From positions 1,532,957-1,596,956 of the forward strand of contig CAVSZB010000007.1 of the NCBI GenBank assembly GCA_963732385.1: DNA of 64,000 nucleotides, in the 5' to 3' direction. The stretch comes from an uncultured bacterium. Lineage in GTDB: Bacteria; Krumholzibacteriota; Krumholzibacteriia; LZORAL124-64-63. The position numbers were made by a program, and so were the translations under genes. Below the pieces are notes generated by a model. The model saw only the letters and a list, made by a program, of their open reading frames with translations, searched no databases and was not told where the DNA came from. Each line of letters begins with the position of its first letter. Position 1 is the stretch's first letter. Positions 62,466 through 64,000 of the stretch are shown here, one piece after another.

Positions 62466-64000
62466 ATGGCCGAACCGATGCTGATCGCCCGGAATGCCAC
62501 CACGCAGTGCCTGCTGCTGCCGGGCCTGGCCAACCGCCACGGCCTGATCACCGGCGCCACCGGCACAGGCAAGACCGTTACGCTGCAGGGACTGGCCGAA
62601 GGGTTCTCCAACCTCGGCGTGCCGGTGTTCATGGCAGATGTCAAAGGCGATCTCGCTGGCATCAGCCAGCGCGGTGCGGTGAGCGACGGGCTCGCGGCCG
62701 TTCTCAAGAGCCGGGGGCTCGACCTGCCTGAGCCGAATGCCTGCCCCACCACGCTGTGGGACGTGTTCGGCGAGCAGGGTCATCCGGTGCGCGCCACCGT
62801 GAGCGACATGGGTCCGCTGCTGCTGGCGCGCATGCTCGACCTGAACGACACCCAGGCCGGCGTGCTCAACCTGGTCTTCAGGATTGCTGACGACAACGGC
62901 CTGCTGTTGCTCGACATGAAGGACCTGCGCGCCATGCTGCAGTACATGGGCGACAACGCCAGGCTCTTCACCACCGAGTACGGCAACATCAGCGCCGCCA
63001 GCGTGGGCGCCATCCAGCGCGGCCTGATGCAGATCGAGCAGCAGGGCGGCGACCGGTTCTTCGGCGAGCCCATGCTCAACATCCAGGACTTCATGCAGAC
63101 CGTGGGCGGCAAGGGCGTGGTCAACATCCTGACCGCAGACAAACTCATGAACGCACCGCGGCTCTACGCGACGTTCCTGCTCTGGATGCTCTCCGAACTC
63201 TTCGAGCAGCTCCCCGAAATCGGCGATCCGGAAAAGCCCGGGCTCGTCTTCTTCTTCGACGAAGCCCACCTGCTGTTTGACGAGGCGCCCAAGATCCTGA
63301 TCGAGCGCATCGAGCTGGTGGTGCGCCTGGTGCGCTCCAAGGGCGTGGGCATCTATTTCGTGACGCAGAACCCGCTGGACATCCCCGACAGCGTGCTCGG
63401 CCAGCTCGGCAACCGCGTGCAACACGCGCTGCGCGCCTTCACCCCGCGTGACCAGAAAGCCGTGAAGGCCACCGCGCAGACCATGCGACCCCGGGCAGGC
63501 CTCGACATCGCAGCCGCCATCACCGAGCTTGCGGTGGGCGAAGCACTGGTGAGTTTTCTGGACCCCAAAGGCAGCCCCAGCGAAACCGAGCGCGCCTATG
63601 TGCTGCTGCCCGGCAGCCAGCTTGGCCCCATCACCGATGCGCAGCGCCAGCAGCTGCTGCAAGGCTCGCTGGTGGCCGGCGTGTACGAAAAGACGGTGGA
63701 TCGCGAAAGCGCCTACGAGATCATCAAGAGCCGCACCGCGTCGGCCCAGCCCGCCGCCCCCGCCGAGGACGGCAAGCCGACGGCGCCCCGCCTGCCCGGC
63801 ACGGCCCAGACACCGGCCGGCAGCGGCGGTATCGGTGGTGTGCTCAACGAAACCCTGTTCGGCCGTACCGGCCCGCGCGGCGGCCAGTACGACGGCCTGG
63901 CGCAGATCATGGCCAAGACCGCGGCACGCAGCGTGGCCAGCGGCCTGGGCCGGCAACTGGTGCGGGGGATTCTGGGGGGGTTGATGGGCGGGAAGCGTTG
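62466..64000 (+). CDS. yjgR: HerA-like P-loop ATPase, DUF853/YjgR family (stop codon probably at the window edge)
   Basis: Not in the ORF track; read manually. [66 protein letters not shown]. Confidence 0.9.
   Translation, partial: MAEPMLIARNATTQCLLLPGLANRHGLITGATGTGKTVTLQGLAEGFSNLGVPVFMADVKGDLAGISQRGAVSDGLAAVLKSRGLDLPEPNACPTTLWDVFGEQGHPVRATVSDMGPLLLARMLDLNDTQAGVLNLVFRIADDNGLLLLDMKDLRAMLQYMGDNARLFTTEYGNISAASVGAIQRGLMQIEQQGGDRFFGEPMLNIQDFMQTVGGKGVVNILTADKLMNAPRLYATFLLWMLSELFEQLPEIGDPEKPGLVFFFDEAHLLFDEAPKILIERIELVVRLVRSKGVGIYFVTQNPLDIPDSVLGQLGNRVQHALRAFTPRDQKAVKATAQTMRPRAGLDIAAAITELAVGEALVSFLDPKGSPSETERAYVLLPGSQLGPITDAQRQQLLQGSLVAGVYEKTVDRESAYEIIKSRTASAQPAAPAEDGKPTAPRLPGTAQTPAGSGGIGGVLNETLFGRTGPRGGQYDGLAQIMAKTAARSVASGLGRQLVRGILGGLMGGKR

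Noticed and set aside
62466..64000. HerA-based anti-phage system
   Set aside because: Motifs match the widespread stand-alone DUF853/YjgR family, and no Sir2, NurA or nuclease partner is visible upstream; downstream context is outside the window.

Overview
High-GC bacterial genomic window. Four secreted proteins carry FlgD-Ig/T9SS-like C-terminal domains or a terminal 'SWGAIKGLY' motif, which suggests an FCB-related candidate lineage such as Krumholzibacteriota, Latescibacterota or Eisenbacteria (inference, not a database result). Contents in order: (1) a Wzx/Wzy-type exopolysaccharide cluster (asnB-like amidotransferase, IS630 remnant, flippase, polymerase, co-polymerase, OPX, and a BY-kinase homologue lacking the Walker A Lys), then gmd and an epimerase; (2) an archaeal-type topoisomerase VI locus with an M32 carboxypeptidase between top6B and top6A, followed by a NUDIX gene and preceded by a four-copy direct-plus-inverted 38-bp repeat; (3) housekeeping and secreted proteins (large modular S8 protease, YceI, DUF302, NYN protein, M29-like peptidase, DUF5916, Memo/AmrB); (4) two PAS histidine-kinase/response-regulator modules and an HDOD-GAF protein, with sigma28-like promoters in front of both HDOD-containing loci; (5) phosphomannomutase and copZ-copA; (6) a second glycosyltransferase island with an 84-bp direct repeat, a decayed copy of the first flippase and an IS91/ISCR-type transposase remnant; (7) secreted hydrolases and a DUF853 ATPase at the right edge. 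No rRNA, tRNA, cas genes or true CRISPR array were seen. Products were assigned by motif recognition only, and start codons are best estimates.
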